This document shows, in pieces, positions 7,697 through 17,802 of a DNA stretch of 30,224 bases. A program made the translations under genes and the position numbers. The notes under the pieces are model-generated. The model was not told where the DNA came from and did no database searches. It saw only the letters and a list, made by a program, of their open reading frames with translations. Source of the stretch: a virus (lineage: Duplodnaviria > Caudoviricetes); IMG/VR virus record IMGVR_UViG_3300031972_000039, positions 1 to 30,224 of that record, one strand, 5' to 3'. Numbering within the stretch: position 1 is the stretch's first letter; each line of letters begins with the position of its first letter.

Positions 7697-8770
7697 ATGG
7701 CTTTTTCATCAGCGTCAGGTTACGGCAATTTACCTAATGGTAATTTTAGCCCAGTAATCTACTCCAAACAGGTACAGCTTGCTTTCCGCAAGAGTACTGT
7801 TGTAGGAGAAATAACTAACTCCGATTATTTCGGAGAGATAAGCGCACAGGGGGATACGGTTCAGATTATCAAAGAACCTGAAATCTCAGTGCAAGCTTAT
7901 ACTCGTGGCACAACTGTCACAGCACAAGATTTAGACGATGAGGACTTTCAGTTAACTATTGACAAAGCGAACTACTTTGCTTTTAAGATGGATGACATTG
8001 AGGAAGCCCACTCACACGTTAACTTTATGCAACTTGCAACAGATCGTGCAGCATATCGTCTAAAAGATCAGTATGATCAAGACGTACTTGGATACCTTTG
8101 TGGTTTCAAACAGTCGGCACTACATGGATCACCAGATACAGCTAACACAACCGTAAATGGTTCTAAGTCTGTTATCACTGCTGGTTCAGACGAACTTCTT
8201 TCTTCAATGAAGTTAAAGAAGGGTGACTTCGGTAACATCACAACTTCAAGTGCAGGGGAACATTCTATCCCACTAACTGCACGTATGCCAGGTGCAACCT
8301 CACTACCAACAGCAACAGCTTCACCAGCAATGGTTGTAGCTCGTATGGCTCGTTTGCTAGATCAACAACAAGTTGATACAGATGGCAGATGGCTGGTTGT
8401 TGACCCCGTGTTCATGGAACTCTTGCGCGATGAAGACTCACGCTTAATGAACTCTGACTACGGTGAGGCTGGTGGTCTTCGCAACGGTCTTGTTGTAAAC
8501 AACTTTCACGGCTTCCGTATGTACGTGTCCTCAAACCTACCTGCAGTAGGAACAGGGCCAGGCACATCTGGATCAGCAAACCAAAACGCAAATTTTGGTG
8601 TGATCGTTGGTGGACATGACTCAGCAGTAGCAACTGCAGAGCAGATCAACAAAACAGAATCATATCGTGACCCTGACAGCTTTGCTGACATTGTTCGTGG
8701 TATGCACCTATATGGTAGAAAGATTCTTCGTCCAGAAGGTCTTGTAACAGCTAAGTATAACGCAGCGTAA
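7697..8770 (+). CDS. Major capsid protein (HK97 fold)
   Basis: About 357 aa. N-terminus MAFSSASGYGNLPNGNFSPVIYSK, motifs GDTVQI and GRWLVVDP, C-terminal FADIVRGMHLYGRKILRPE. GGAGG at 7684-7688 favours ATG 7697 over 7682. Confidence 0.95.
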   Translation: MAFSSASGYGNLPNGNFSPVIYSKQVQLAFRKSTVVGEITNSDYFGEISAQGDTVQIIKEPEISVQAYTRGTTVTAQDLDDEDFQLTIDKANYFAFKMDDIEEAHSHVNFMQLATDRAAYRLKDQYDQDVLGYLCGFKQSALHGSPDTANTTVNGSKSVITAGSDELLSSMKLKKGDFGNITTSSAGEHSIPLTARMPGATSLPTATASPAMVVARMARLLDQQQVDTDGRWLVVDPVFMELLRDEDSRLMNSDYGEAGGLRNGLVVNNFHGFRMYVSSNLPAVGTGPGTSGSANQNANFGVIVGGHDSAVATAEQINKTESYRDPDSFADIVRGMHLYGRKILRPEGLVTAKYNAA

Positions 8771-8786
8771 GAAGGGAGACTGAACA

Positions 8787-9323
8787 ATGGCTACTATTTC
8801 AATGAGCACGAACTCAGCCTCTACTTCCAACAATGGCGGTACTGGCAATAAGCAGCTTCGTGGCAGCTTAGTTACTCTGCAGAACGACATCGATCTTGCA
8901 GATGCTATATTACAAAACGGTGGTACTGCACTAGCAGCCAATGATATCATTGAGGCTATTGCTGTTCCTGCAAACACTTTGATCCTACATGCAGGTTTCA
9001 AAGTTCAAACTGCAATGGAAGGTACTACTACAGACTCTGCGATCCACGTTGGTATCACAGGAACAGACGTAGACATTTTTGCTGCGTCATTTGACCTAGA
9101 CGGTGCATCAGCAGGTGCTCACACTCCTGCTATTACATCTTCAGGTGTATGTTCCAACTTACCAGTGTTCACTGCATCAGCAGACACTATTGACGTAGAG
9201 ATTCATGCGTCAAGTGGAACTATCACTGGCGGTATTATCCGTGTATACGCTGTATGCGTAATCATGGATGATGTCTCAGGATCAAGTTCTGCTAATGAGG
9301 TAGATCGTGATCTACTAGCATAA
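8787..9323 (+). CDS. Putative capsid decoration or minor capsid protein
   Basis: Beta-rich 178-aa protein right after the MCP and before the hairpin; GGGAG RBS. Confidence 0.65.
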   Translation: MATISMSTNSASTSNNGGTGNKQLRGSLVTLQNDIDLADAILQNGGTALAANDIIEAIAVPANTLILHAGFKVQTAMEGTTTDSAIHVGITGTDVDIFAASFDLDGASAGAHTPAITSSGVCSNLPVFTASADTIDVEIHASSGTITGGIIRVYAVCVIMDDVSGSSSANEVDRDLLA

Positions 9324-9329
9324 TACTTT

Positions 9330-9356
9330 GGGGGCTGGGCAACTGGCCCCCTTATC
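9330..9356 (+). terminator. GC-rich hairpin, probably a leaky terminator or mRNA 3' stabiliser after the head genes
   Basis: GGGGGCTGG-GCAA-CTGGCCCCC with a GNRA loop and two G-U pairs, followed by only TTAT. Confidence 0.75.
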
Positions 9357-9374
9357 ACATATTGGGAAGTACTT

Positions 9375-10316
9375 ATGGCAGAAACATTTCTTACACTGAC
9401 AAACAAAACACTAGTTAGGATGAATGAGGTAGAACTTACATCTTCTAACTTTGCAAGTCCAAGAGGCGTACAGACACAGTGTCAGAATGCTGTCAATGAA
9501 TCTATAAGATATATTAATCAGAGAGAGTTTGCTTATCCTTTTAACCACGCATCAAACTCTTCTACACTTACGCCAGGTGTTGCTAAGTACACTGTGCCAA
9601 CAAGCACAAAGTATATAGATTACAACACAGCAAGAATAAAAAAAGATGAAGATTTAGCTTCAGCAGGTAACAGCCTGACTAAACTAAACTACAACGAATA
9701 CATATCAAGAGATTACGCTGTACAAGAGGATGACGTTGCATCTACAACTATCAATGCATCTGATGGCTTGTCTGCAGCAGTAACAACAATAACTGTCGCA
9801 GATACCTCTGACTTTGATGCCACAGGCACTTTGTTTATAGGTGGCGAACAAATAACTTACACAGGTATAACAGGTAACGATTTCACAGGATGTACTAGAG
9901 GCGCAAACGATACAACAGCAGCAGCGATTGCAAACAGCACAACAGTTACACAGTTTTCAAAAGGTGGTATCCCTAGATTTATAGTGCGTACTCCAGATAA
10001 CAATTATATACTGTACCCTTTCCCTGATAAACAATATACATTAGTCTTTGATTACTTTACATTTCCCTCTGACTTATCTGCATCTACAGATACAACCACA
10101 ATACCTGACAGGTTTGCAAGTGTTGTAGTAGACGGTGCAGTAGCTTACGTGTATCAGTATCGTGGAGAGATACAACAATACCAAGTAAACTTTGAACGAT
10201 TTCAACAAGGCATAAAGAATATGCAAACACTTGTAATAAACAAATACGACTACGTAAGATCTACATTAATGGGCGGTGCTACAACAACGTATAATCCTGT
10301 ACTAAGAGTATCTTAA
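9375..10316 (+). CDS. Head-tail adaptor (tail tubular protein A-like) with an inserted beta domain
   Basis: Position after the capsid genes; N-terminal FLTLTNKTLVRMNE, LYPFPDKQY and TIPDRF motifs; insert at about 9735-9950. Confidence 0.7.
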   Translation: MAETFLTLTNKTLVRMNEVELTSSNFASPRGVQTQCQNAVNESIRYINQREFAYPFNHASNSSTLTPGVAKYTVPTSTKYIDYNTARIKKDEDLASAGNSLTKLNYNEYISRDYAVQEDDVASTTINASDGLSAAVTTITVADTSDFDATGTLFIGGEQITYTGITGNDFTGCTRGANDTTAAAIANSTTVTQFSKGGIPRFIVRTPDNNYILYPFPDKQYTLVFDYFTFPSDLSASTDTTTIPDRFASVVVDGAVAYVYQYRGEIQQYQVNFERFQQGIKNMQTLVINKYDYVRSTLMGGATTTYNPVLRVS

Positions 10317-10317
10317 A

Positions 10318-12057
10318 ATGCCAGATACATCAACATTACAACCAGCAGCTTTTAACTGTGAGGGTGGGCTAGTTCTAAACAGGTCCACCTTTCTTATGCA
10401 GCCAGGTGAAGCTTTAGTTTTAGAAAACTTTGAGCCTGATGTTGAGGGTGGGTATAGACGTATAAACGGTTTTCGTAAGTTTGTTAATCAGATAGTACCA
10501 CAAACATCTAGCTCTACAGAAAAAGTTTTGATGACAGCTAGGTTTGCTAACAGAGTTGTTGCAGCTAGAGGCGAAAGAATATACAGTGCTAGCTCTACAG
10601 AGTTGTCACAAAAAATAGTATCAACAACTGCTATGTCAGGATCAGGCACACTAAACGTAGACTCCACTGCAGGTTTTGCATCTAGCGGTACACTATTAAT
10701 AAACAGTGAGGAGTTTACTTACACAGGCATAACTAGTACAACCTTTACTGGTGTTACTAGATCTACATCAAGCACGACTGCAGCTAACCACGCAATAGAC
10801 GATGCAGTGTCAGAGAACTGGACACAAAGAGATACAGGTAGAACTAGCGCAGACAAGTACGACTTTGAAAGATTTAACTTTGATGGTAATGAAAAACTAA
10901 TATGTGTAGATGGTGCTAACGCTCCTGTTATATTCAACTCATCTATGGCTGCAACAGACGTAAGTGAAAGCACTGTAGCTGGATCAAAGTTTATCGCTGC
11001 ATTTAGAAACCACATGTTTTATGCAGGTAAGTCATCAACACCATCAACTCTAGTTTTTAGTGAGCCGTTTGATGAGGATGGATTTGACTCAGCAGATGGT
11101 GCTGGCAGTATTAATGTAGATGATACAATAGTAGGGCTAAAGGTTTTTCGTGATAACTTATTTATATTTTGTGAAAATAGAATATTTAAACTGACAGGAT
11201 CTGCCCTAGCTAACTTTGCTGTAGAACCTGTAACTAGAAACATAGGTTGTGTAAACGGTAACACTATCCAAGAGTTTGCAGGTGATCTAATATTTCTTGG
11301 ACCTGATGGTTTACGAACTGTTGCTGGTACTGCTAGGATTGGTGACGTTGAACTAGGTACAATATCTAAGAACGTACAATCTCTGTTTGACGAAAACATA
11401 ACAGACTCTAGTCTTTTTGAAAGTGTAGTTATACCAGACAAGACACAGTACAGAATATTTTTTACTAAAGACACAGTGTCACAGAAAAGAACTAAAGGTG
11501 TTATATGTGTTATGAAGGGCGATGGCTTTGAGTTTGCTGAAGCTTTAGGTATTAAGCCATCTTGTTCTGATACACACGTAGAAGCAGGAAATGTTATAGT
11601 TCTTCACGGTACCTTTGACGGTTACGTACAGCGACAAGAAAAAGGTAACAGCTTTGATGGCACAGCTATATTAGGCAGATACAGAAGTCCAGACTTAAAC
11701 TTTGGAGATGTAGGTGTAAGAAAAACAATGCACAGAGTTATTCTTAACTACAAGCCTGAAGCTAACATCAGTGCAGATTTACTTTTAAGATACGACAACG
11801 ACAGCGTGGGTGCATCAAGACCTGCAGCTTACAGTTTAACCACCTCCACGGTAGGAGCGCAATATGGTACTGCTGTTTATAGTACCTCTTCTTCTACTAC
11901 ACAGTTTGTTTACGGTGGCGGTTCACAGCCTCTAGTTCGACAGCCTGTAGAAGGTTCAGGTTTTACTGTTGCACTAAAGGTAGATGATAGTGGTGAATCG
12001 CCACCATACTCACTAAAGGGATTTCAATTAGAATATCAAGTAGGAGCTAGACGCTAA
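10318..12057 (+). CDS. Tail nozzle or head-stabilisation protein (tubular B-like, beta-propeller)
   Basis: GGLVLN, ENFEPDVEGGYRRING, NIGCV, GDLIFLGPDGLR motifs; 579 aa; follows the adaptor. Confidence 0.75.
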   Translation: MPDTSTLQPAAFNCEGGLVLNRSTFLMQPGEALVLENFEPDVEGGYRRINGFRKFVNQIVPQTSSSTEKVLMTARFANRVVAARGERIYSASSTELSQKIVSTTAMSGSGTLNVDSTAGFASSGTLLINSEEFTYTGITSTTFTGVTRSTSSTTAANHAIDDAVSENWTQRDTGRTSADKYDFERFNFDGNEKLICVDGANAPVIFNSSMAATDVSESTVAGSKFIAAFRNHMFYAGKSSTPSTLVFSEPFDEDGFDSADGAGSINVDDTIVGLKVFRDNLFIFCENRIFKLTGSALANFAVEPVTRNIGCVNGNTIQEFAGDLIFLGPDGLRTVAGTARIGDVELGTISKNVQSLFDENITDSSLFESVVIPDKTQYRIFFTKDTVSQKRTKGVICVMKGDGFEFAEALGIKPSCSDTHVEAGNVIVLHGTFDGYVQRQEKGNSFDGTAILGRYRSPDLNFGDVGVRKTMHRVILNYKPEANISADLLLRYDNDSVGASRPAAYSLTTSTVGAQYGTAVYSTSSSTTQFVYGGGSQPLVRQPVEGSGFTVALKVDDSGESPPYSLKGFQLEYQVGARR

Positions 12058-15000
12058 TGGGTGCTACATACACAAGACAGTCCACGTATACAGAGGGTGA
12101 CATAATCCAAGCATCAGACACGAATGACGAGTTTGATCAGCTTCTTGCCGCCTTTGCTGCTAGTACAGGACATACACACGATGGTACAACTGGAGAAGGT
12201 GGACCTATAACTACACTTGCAGGGCATGGGATTACTATAGGTTTAGGCACAGCAGGAACAGACATTACCTTAACGTTTGATGGCGAGTCAAATGACGGTG
12301 TACTAAAATGGATGGAGGACGAGGACTACTTTGAGTTTTCTGATGATATACTGGTTGCTTCGTCAGAAAAGCTCCAGTTTCGTGATACTGCTCTTTATAT
12401 TAACTCTAGTACTGATGGTCAGCTTGATATTGTTGCTGATACTTTGGTTCAAGTTGCCACTGCTGCATTTACTGTGGACGCAAGTGGAGACATTACTTTA
12501 GACGCAGGTGGAGCAGACGTTGTACTAAAAGATGATGGAACCACGTTTGGTAGTCTAACTAACAGCAGTGGTGAGCTTGTAATAAAGTCTGGATCAACAC
12601 CGACAGCAGCATTGACATTTAGCGGTGCTAATATTACTGCAGAGGGTAACTTAACTGTAGATGGTAACTTAGATGTAACAGGTACGTTTGATCTTAGTGA
12701 TTCCAACTTCACCAACGCAGGTAACATACAACTAGACAGTATCTCTGGAGATGCAGATACTAACACAAGTATTACGTTTAGCGGATCAGATGTAATCACA
12801 GTTGCGACAGGTGGCACTACATCTTTTACTGTAGATGCAAGTCAAAACATTTTGATGAACGCTGCACAGAAAGTACAGTTTAGAGATACTGCACTTACTA
12901 TCCACTCCAGCGCAGACGGTCAACTAGATATCAATGCTGATACTGAGCTTGAGATAACTGCACCTACTGTTGACATCAATGCTAGTAGCGGAGTAGACAT
13001 TAGTGCTAACTTGACTGTTGGTGGTTCTACTACACTTGGAGCTACATCTTTTGGAGATGCCAATATTACAAATGTAGGTAGTATTGCTCTTGACACCATC
13101 ACTAACGATGGAACTGATATCACGTTAGACTCAAGTGGTGACATCATATTAGATGCTGCTGGCAATGAGGTATTTTTTAAATCTTCTGGAACATCAATAC
13201 TTGAGTTTAAACACGATTCTGGTGATGCAGTATTTACAGTAAGCACAGCAGACAAAAACTTTACTATCAAAGGTACAGATAGTTCTAGTGCTATTACTGC
13301 TCTTGACATTGATATGGCTCTTGCAGGTAAGGCTACGTTTAACGGGGATGTAGTTGTAGGTGGAGATCTCACTATAAGTGGTGATGACCTTGTAATGGGT
13401 ACTAACACTTCAGGACATCTTCTCATAGCAGATGGTACAAACTTTAATCCTACTGCTGTGGGTGATTTATCTGAGATTAGTACAGTAGCTAACGATGACG
13501 TGTTCCTTGCTGTAGATACATCTGGTGGCGGTCTTAAAAAGATTACACGTAGCACCATAATATCAGGTCTTGCTGTTACTGGTGCAGCCATAGCTAACGT
13601 AGTAGAAGACACTACACCACAGCTAGGTGGTTCTCTTGATGTTAACGGAGAGGACATTGTATCTGTATCAAACGGTAACATTACTATCACACCAAACGGT
13701 TCAGGTGTTCTTAGAATAGATGGCTCTAACGGTATTGATATGCAGTCAGGCGCTATCTCTATAAAAAACAGTGGTGCTGAATCTTACATTAGGTTTTACT
13801 GTGAGTCTAGCAACGCACACTATACACAACTACAAGCAGCCCCACACTCTGCATACTCAGGGAACGTAACTGTAGTTTTACCTGCCAGTGCTGATACATT
13901 AGTTGGTAAAGCCACAACAGACACGCTAACAAATAAAACCTTTGGTGACAATGTAAGCTTCGGTGATAACAACATCACTAACGTTGGTGACATTGCATTA
14001 GACTCTATTAGTGCTGATGCTACAGATATTAACGTAGCTGTTACTGATAACTCTGCTACTGCATTTACAATCAAACAAGGTTCTGACAACTACCTTGTAA
14101 TTGACACAGGTAACAGTAGTGAGTCTGTTGCTATTGGTACAGGTGTATCTGGCACAGCTATTACACTAGGACACAGCACCTCAGAGGTTACAGTAGCAGA
14201 CAACCTAACAGTTACAGGTAACTTAACTGTATCAGGTACAACCACAACAGTGAACTCTACAACTGTAAATCTTAACGATCACAATATTGTTCTTGACAGT
14301 GGTAACAGTACCTCTGCTGTAATCAACGGTGCAGGTATTACAATAGAAGGTGGTAGTGGTGATGACGCTACATTTACATACAACACCACAGGTCCAAAGT
14401 TTGAGTTGAAGCTAGGTTCTAGCCATGAAGACTTACAGGTTGACCAGCTTATAGCAGCCTCTTTAGATATTTCTGGTGATGTAGATGTAGACGGTACACT
14501 TGAAGCAGATGCAATTACAGTAAACGGAACTGCTCTTAATACAGTCATAGCAGGTGTTACTGTCACTGATGCGACAAACTCTGCACATGTTCTTGTTACA
14601 GACAATGAAAATACAAACGAAGATAACTTAATTACATTTGTAGAAAATGCTACATCTAGCACAGGTAATGTCGGCTTGGAGATGGATGGAGATCTAACCT
14701 ACAATCCAAGCACAGGTAACTTGACAACAACAAAAGTTACAGCTAACGGTGGTGTAATTGTTGACAACATAACTATTGATGGCACAGAGATTGATCTTAG
14801 CTCTGGAGACTTGACAGTTGATGTAGCTGGTGATATAATACTAGACGCAGGTGGTGGTGATATAAAGTTTGCTGCTGCAGGTACAGAGATACTCAGTGTC
14901 ACTAACTCATCTAGTGATGTAATTATTAAACCTATCGTGGATACTAAAGATATAATCTTTCAACAACGAGATGGTACAGAGGTAGCTAGGGTAGAGGACA

Positions 15001-15254
15001 ATGGTACGTTTAACGTTGTCACAGATAAACTAGCAATAAACGGAACTGCTGTAACTGCCACTGCAGCAGAACTAAACTTGATAGATGGTGGTACTTCTGT
15101 TGGTGGTTCAATAACACTAGCAGACGCTGATGGTTTTATAGTTAACGATAATGGAACAATGAAGACTATTCCAGCATCAGATGTAAAAACGTATGCTAGC
15201 GGTAGCTCTGCTACTAAAGGATTTGCTATTGCTATGGCAATAGTATTTGGATAA
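12057..15254 (+). CDS. Long tail fibre protein
   Basis: N-terminal anchor YTRQS...NDEFDQLLAAF...GHTHDG; G/S/T/D-rich internal repeats; hydrophobic C-terminus KGFAIAMAIVFG. Confidence 0.85.
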   Translation: MGATYTRQSTYTEGDIIQASDTNDEFDQLLAAFAASTGHTHDGTTGEGGPITTLAGHGITIGLGTAGTDITLTFDGESNDGVLKWMEDEDYFEFSDDILVASSEKLQFRDTALYINSSTDGQLDIVADTLVQVATAAFTVDASGDITLDAGGADVVLKDDGTTFGSLTNSSGELVIKSGSTPTAALTFSGANITAEGNLTVDGNLDVTGTFDLSDSNFTNAGNIQLDSISGDADTNTSITFSGSDVITVATGGTTSFTVDASQNILMNAAQKVQFRDTALTIHSSADGQLDINADTELEITAPTVDINASSGVDISANLTVGGSTTLGATSFGDANITNVGSIALDTITNDGTDITLDSSGDIILDAAGNEVFFKSSGTSILEFKHDSGDAVFTVSTADKNFTIKGTDSSSAITALDIDMALAGKATFNGDVVVGGDLTISGDDLVMGTNTSGHLLIADGTNFNPTAVGDLSEISTVANDDVFLAVDTSGGGLKKITRSTIISGLAVTGAAIANVVEDTTPQLGGSLDVNGEDIVSVSNGNITITPNGSGVLRIDGSNGIDMQSGAISIKNSGAESYIRFYCESSNAHYTQLQAAPHSAYSGNVTVVLPASADTLVGKATTDTLTNKTFGDNVSFGDNNITNVGDIALDSISADATDINVAVTDNSATAFTIKQGSDNYLVIDTGNSSESVAIGTGVSGTAITLGHSTSEVTVADNLTVTGNLTVSGTTTTVNSTTVNLNDHNIVLDSGNSTSAVINGAGITIEGGSGDDATFTYNTTGPKFELKLGSSHEDLQVDQLIAASLDISGDVDVDGTLEADAITVNGTALNTVIAGVTVTDATNSAHVLVTDNENTNEDNLITFVENATSSTGNVGLEMDGDLTYNPSTGNLTTTKVTANGGVIVDNITIDGTEIDLSSGDLTVDVAGDIILDAGGGDIKFAAAGTEILSVTNSSSDVIIKPIVDTKDIIFQQRDGTEVARVEDNGTFNVVTDKLAINGTAVTATAAELNLIDGGTSVGGSITLADADGFIVNDNGTMKTIPASDVKTYASGSSATKGFAIAMAIVFG

Positions 15255-15268
15255 AAAGGAAAAGGTAA

Positions 15269-15631
15269 ATGGCAACTCCAAATATAATTAATGTAGCAAC
15301 TATTACACCAAAGGTGGCAGTTGGTGCAGTGACAACAAGTAGAGCAGACATCGTTGATGTACCTGCAGAAAACTGTGCAAAGATAAACACACTAATGATA
15401 TCAAACATAGATGGTACAAATGCTGCTGATATTACTGTTGAGGTAAGTGTAGACAACGGATCAAACTATGTTAAGATAGCTAACACAATATCTGTACCTG
15501 CTGATGCAACTCTAGTTGTTGTAGGTAAAGACAACGGATTTTATTTAGACGAGACAGATCTACTCGCTGTTACAGCTTCTGCTAACAGTGACCTAACATA
15601 CTTGGTTAGTTACGAACTTCTAGTAGACTAA
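15269..15631 (+). CDS. Small beta-rich protein, putative fibre-tip connector
   Basis: 120 aa with SNIDGTNAADITV, ISVPADATL and YLDETD motifs; directly follows the fibre ending in AIAMAIVFG. Confidence 0.7.
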   Translation: MATPNIINVATITPKVAVGAVTTSRADIVDVPAENCAKINTLMISNIDGTNAADITVEVSVDNGSNYVKIANTISVPADATLVVVGKDNGFYLDETDLLAVTASANSDLTYLVSYELLVD

Positions 15632-15643
15632 AGGTAATTAATA

Positions 15644-16828
15644 ATGCCCAGATACAACGGTGGTTTTATAGGCACTGATGGACCAGATGCACCTGATCCA
15701 CCTACAGGTGTTACTGTTGGTGGTGGTGCTGATGGCATAGCTAGTATTAGTTTTACTGCTCCTACAGATACAGGCACATCTGCTATTACAGGTTTTGTTG
15801 CTACATCTAGCACTGGTGTAGGTGCTACAGGCACGTCTTCTCCTATTAGTGTTACAGGTCTTACATTAGGTACTGCTACAACATTTAGAGCTTATGCAGT
15901 TAATGCTTACGGTACGTCTGCTGCTAGTGATGCAACTGATAGTATTACACCTGCCGCTTCTAGAGGTGTTTGGGCAGGAGGTGCTAATGGTCCATCAGAT
16001 GTAATGCAATATATTACTATAGCTACAACAGGTAATACTACAGATTTTGGCGATTTAACTGTTGCAAGAGGTGATACTGCAACAGGTGCGAGTAGTACTA
16101 GGATGGTTGTTGCAGGTGGTAATAATAATAGTAATCAAAGTAACGTAACAGATTATATTACTATAGCTACAACTGGTAATGCTACTGATTTTGGAGATAC
16201 ACTTACTGAAAAAAGACTGTTTAATGGAGGACTGTCTAATAGTACACGTTTTGTAATGGCAGGTGGAGAGGATGGAGATGGCGCTGCACAAAATGTAATA
16301 CAATATTTTACTATAGCTACAACAGGTAACGCTACTGATTTTGGAGATCTTTTAGCTACTAGTTATGGTGCAAACGGTGCTGCTTCTACTACTCGTGGTG
16401 TTTGGATGGGTGGGCTAAACGGAACAAATGTAATACAGTATGTTACTATAGGTACAACTGGTAATGCTATTGATTTTGGTGATTTAGTTTCTACAAGAAG
16501 TGGTGGTGGGTCAGTTTCTTCAGGTACTAGAGCAGTAACAGGTGGCACAATAGTAAACTCACAAGATTTAATGGACTATATTACTATAGCTACAACAGGT
16601 AACGGAACTGACTTTGGTAATTTGAGTGTTGGTAGAGGAAAATGTGGGGCTTTGGGCAGTACTACTAGAGGAGTATGGGGTGGTGGTGAAATTGACTCAA
16701 CAGGTGCAAAACAAGATGTAATGGACTATATTACGATAGCTTCTACTGGTAACGCCTCAGACTTTGGTGATTTAGCCTCTGCTCTTGAAAGAGTTGTTGG
16801 TATGTCTAACGGACATGGAGGACTTTAA
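15644..16828 (+). CDS. FN3 domain plus six-repeat Kelch-like beta-propeller; putative receptor-binding protein 1
   Basis: FN3 pattern PDPPTGV...SFTAP...VTGL...FRAYAVNAYG; six YITIATTGNxxDFGDL repeats; ends HGGL. Confidence 0.8.
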   Translation: MPRYNGGFIGTDGPDAPDPPTGVTVGGGADGIASISFTAPTDTGTSAITGFVATSSTGVGATGTSSPISVTGLTLGTATTFRAYAVNAYGTSAASDATDSITPAASRGVWAGGANGPSDVMQYITIATTGNTTDFGDLTVARGDTATGASSTRMVVAGGNNNSNQSNVTDYITIATTGNATDFGDTLTEKRLFNGGLSNSTRFVMAGGEDGDGAAQNVIQYFTIATTGNATDFGDLLATSYGANGAASTTRGVWMGGLNGTNVIQYVTIGTTGNAIDFGDLVSTRSGGGSVSSGTRAVTGGTIVNSQDLMDYITIATTGNGTDFGNLSVGRGKCGALGSTTRGVWGGGEIDSTGAKQDVMDYITIASTGNASDFGDLASALERVVGMSNGHGGL

Positions 16829-16830
16829 GT

Positions 16831-17802
16831 ATGCCTAACTTTAATGGCGTGTGGTCACTCACAACATTTTTACAGTACAGAGATGATGTTCCTAGATTTG
16901 TTGATGAACGTGCTCTTTTCGCAGGTGGCTATACTTCAAGTAGATCTAACATAATAGATTATATAGATTTAAAATCAACAGGTAACGCCACAGATTTTGG
17001 TGATTTAACAGATAATTGTATGAGAGGTTCCTCGTGTAGCTCTGCTACCAGAGCAGTAAATAGTTTAGGTCAAGCTGATGCATCTAGTAACTCTAATGTT
17101 TTAGATTTTGTTGAAATATTTACAACAGGTAACGCTACAGACTTTGGTGATTTAACCACAGGTAGAAAGTTTAATACAGCACTTGCTAGTGCAACTAGAG
17201 GTATTTTTGCAGGAGGAAATCAAACTAACATTATAGACTACATAACCATAGCTTCTGCAGGTAATGCCACAGACTTTGGTGATTTAGTAGGAACTTTTAA
17301 TGATGGATTTGGAGGTTTGGCTTCCCCTACAAGAGGAGTTATGGCAGGAGGGCAATCTAACACTGCAGGGGTAGGCGATTATTCTGATGTCATACAATAT
17401 ATCACTATAGCCTCTACAGGCGATGCCTCTGACTTTGGAGATCTTACAGATGGGAGAAACTCAAACACTGCTGCTTCAAATAGCACTAGAGGTTTAATCG
17501 CAGGTGGAAATGCACAAAGCCCATCTTATTCTCCTATCATAGACTACATAACTATTGCAAGCACAGGTAACGCTACAGACTTTGGTGATTTGTCAGTAGA
17601 TAGAAGAAGTTTAGGTGGTGCAGGTGGCTTAACAAGAGCAGTATTTGCAGGAGGTTCTTCTTCTGGTGATAGCACCGAAGATACAATAGACTTTGTAACA
17701 ATAGCTACAACAGGTAACGCTTCTGATTTTGGCAATCTAACTTCAGGTAGATATGATCCAGGTCAAGGGGCATCATCTTCTCATGGGGGTTTGGGTTTAT
17801 GA
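16831..17802 (+). CDS. Six-repeat Kelch-like beta-propeller; putative receptor-binding protein 2
   Basis: N-terminal GVWSL motif; six TGNATDFGDL-type repeats; ends HGGLGL. Confidence 0.8.
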   Translation: MPNFNGVWSLTTFLQYRDDVPRFVDERALFAGGYTSSRSNIIDYIDLKSTGNATDFGDLTDNCMRGSSCSSATRAVNSLGQADASSNSNVLDFVEIFTTGNATDFGDLTTGRKFNTALASATRGIFAGGNQTNIIDYITIASAGNATDFGDLVGTFNDGFGGLASPTRGVMAGGQSNTAGVGDYSDVIQYITIASTGDASDFGDLTDGRNSNTAASNSTRGLIAGGNAQSPSYSPIIDYITIASTGNATDFGDLSVDRRSLGGAGGLTRAVFAGGSSSGDSTEDTIDFVTIATTGNASDFGNLTSGRYDPGQGASSSHGGLGL

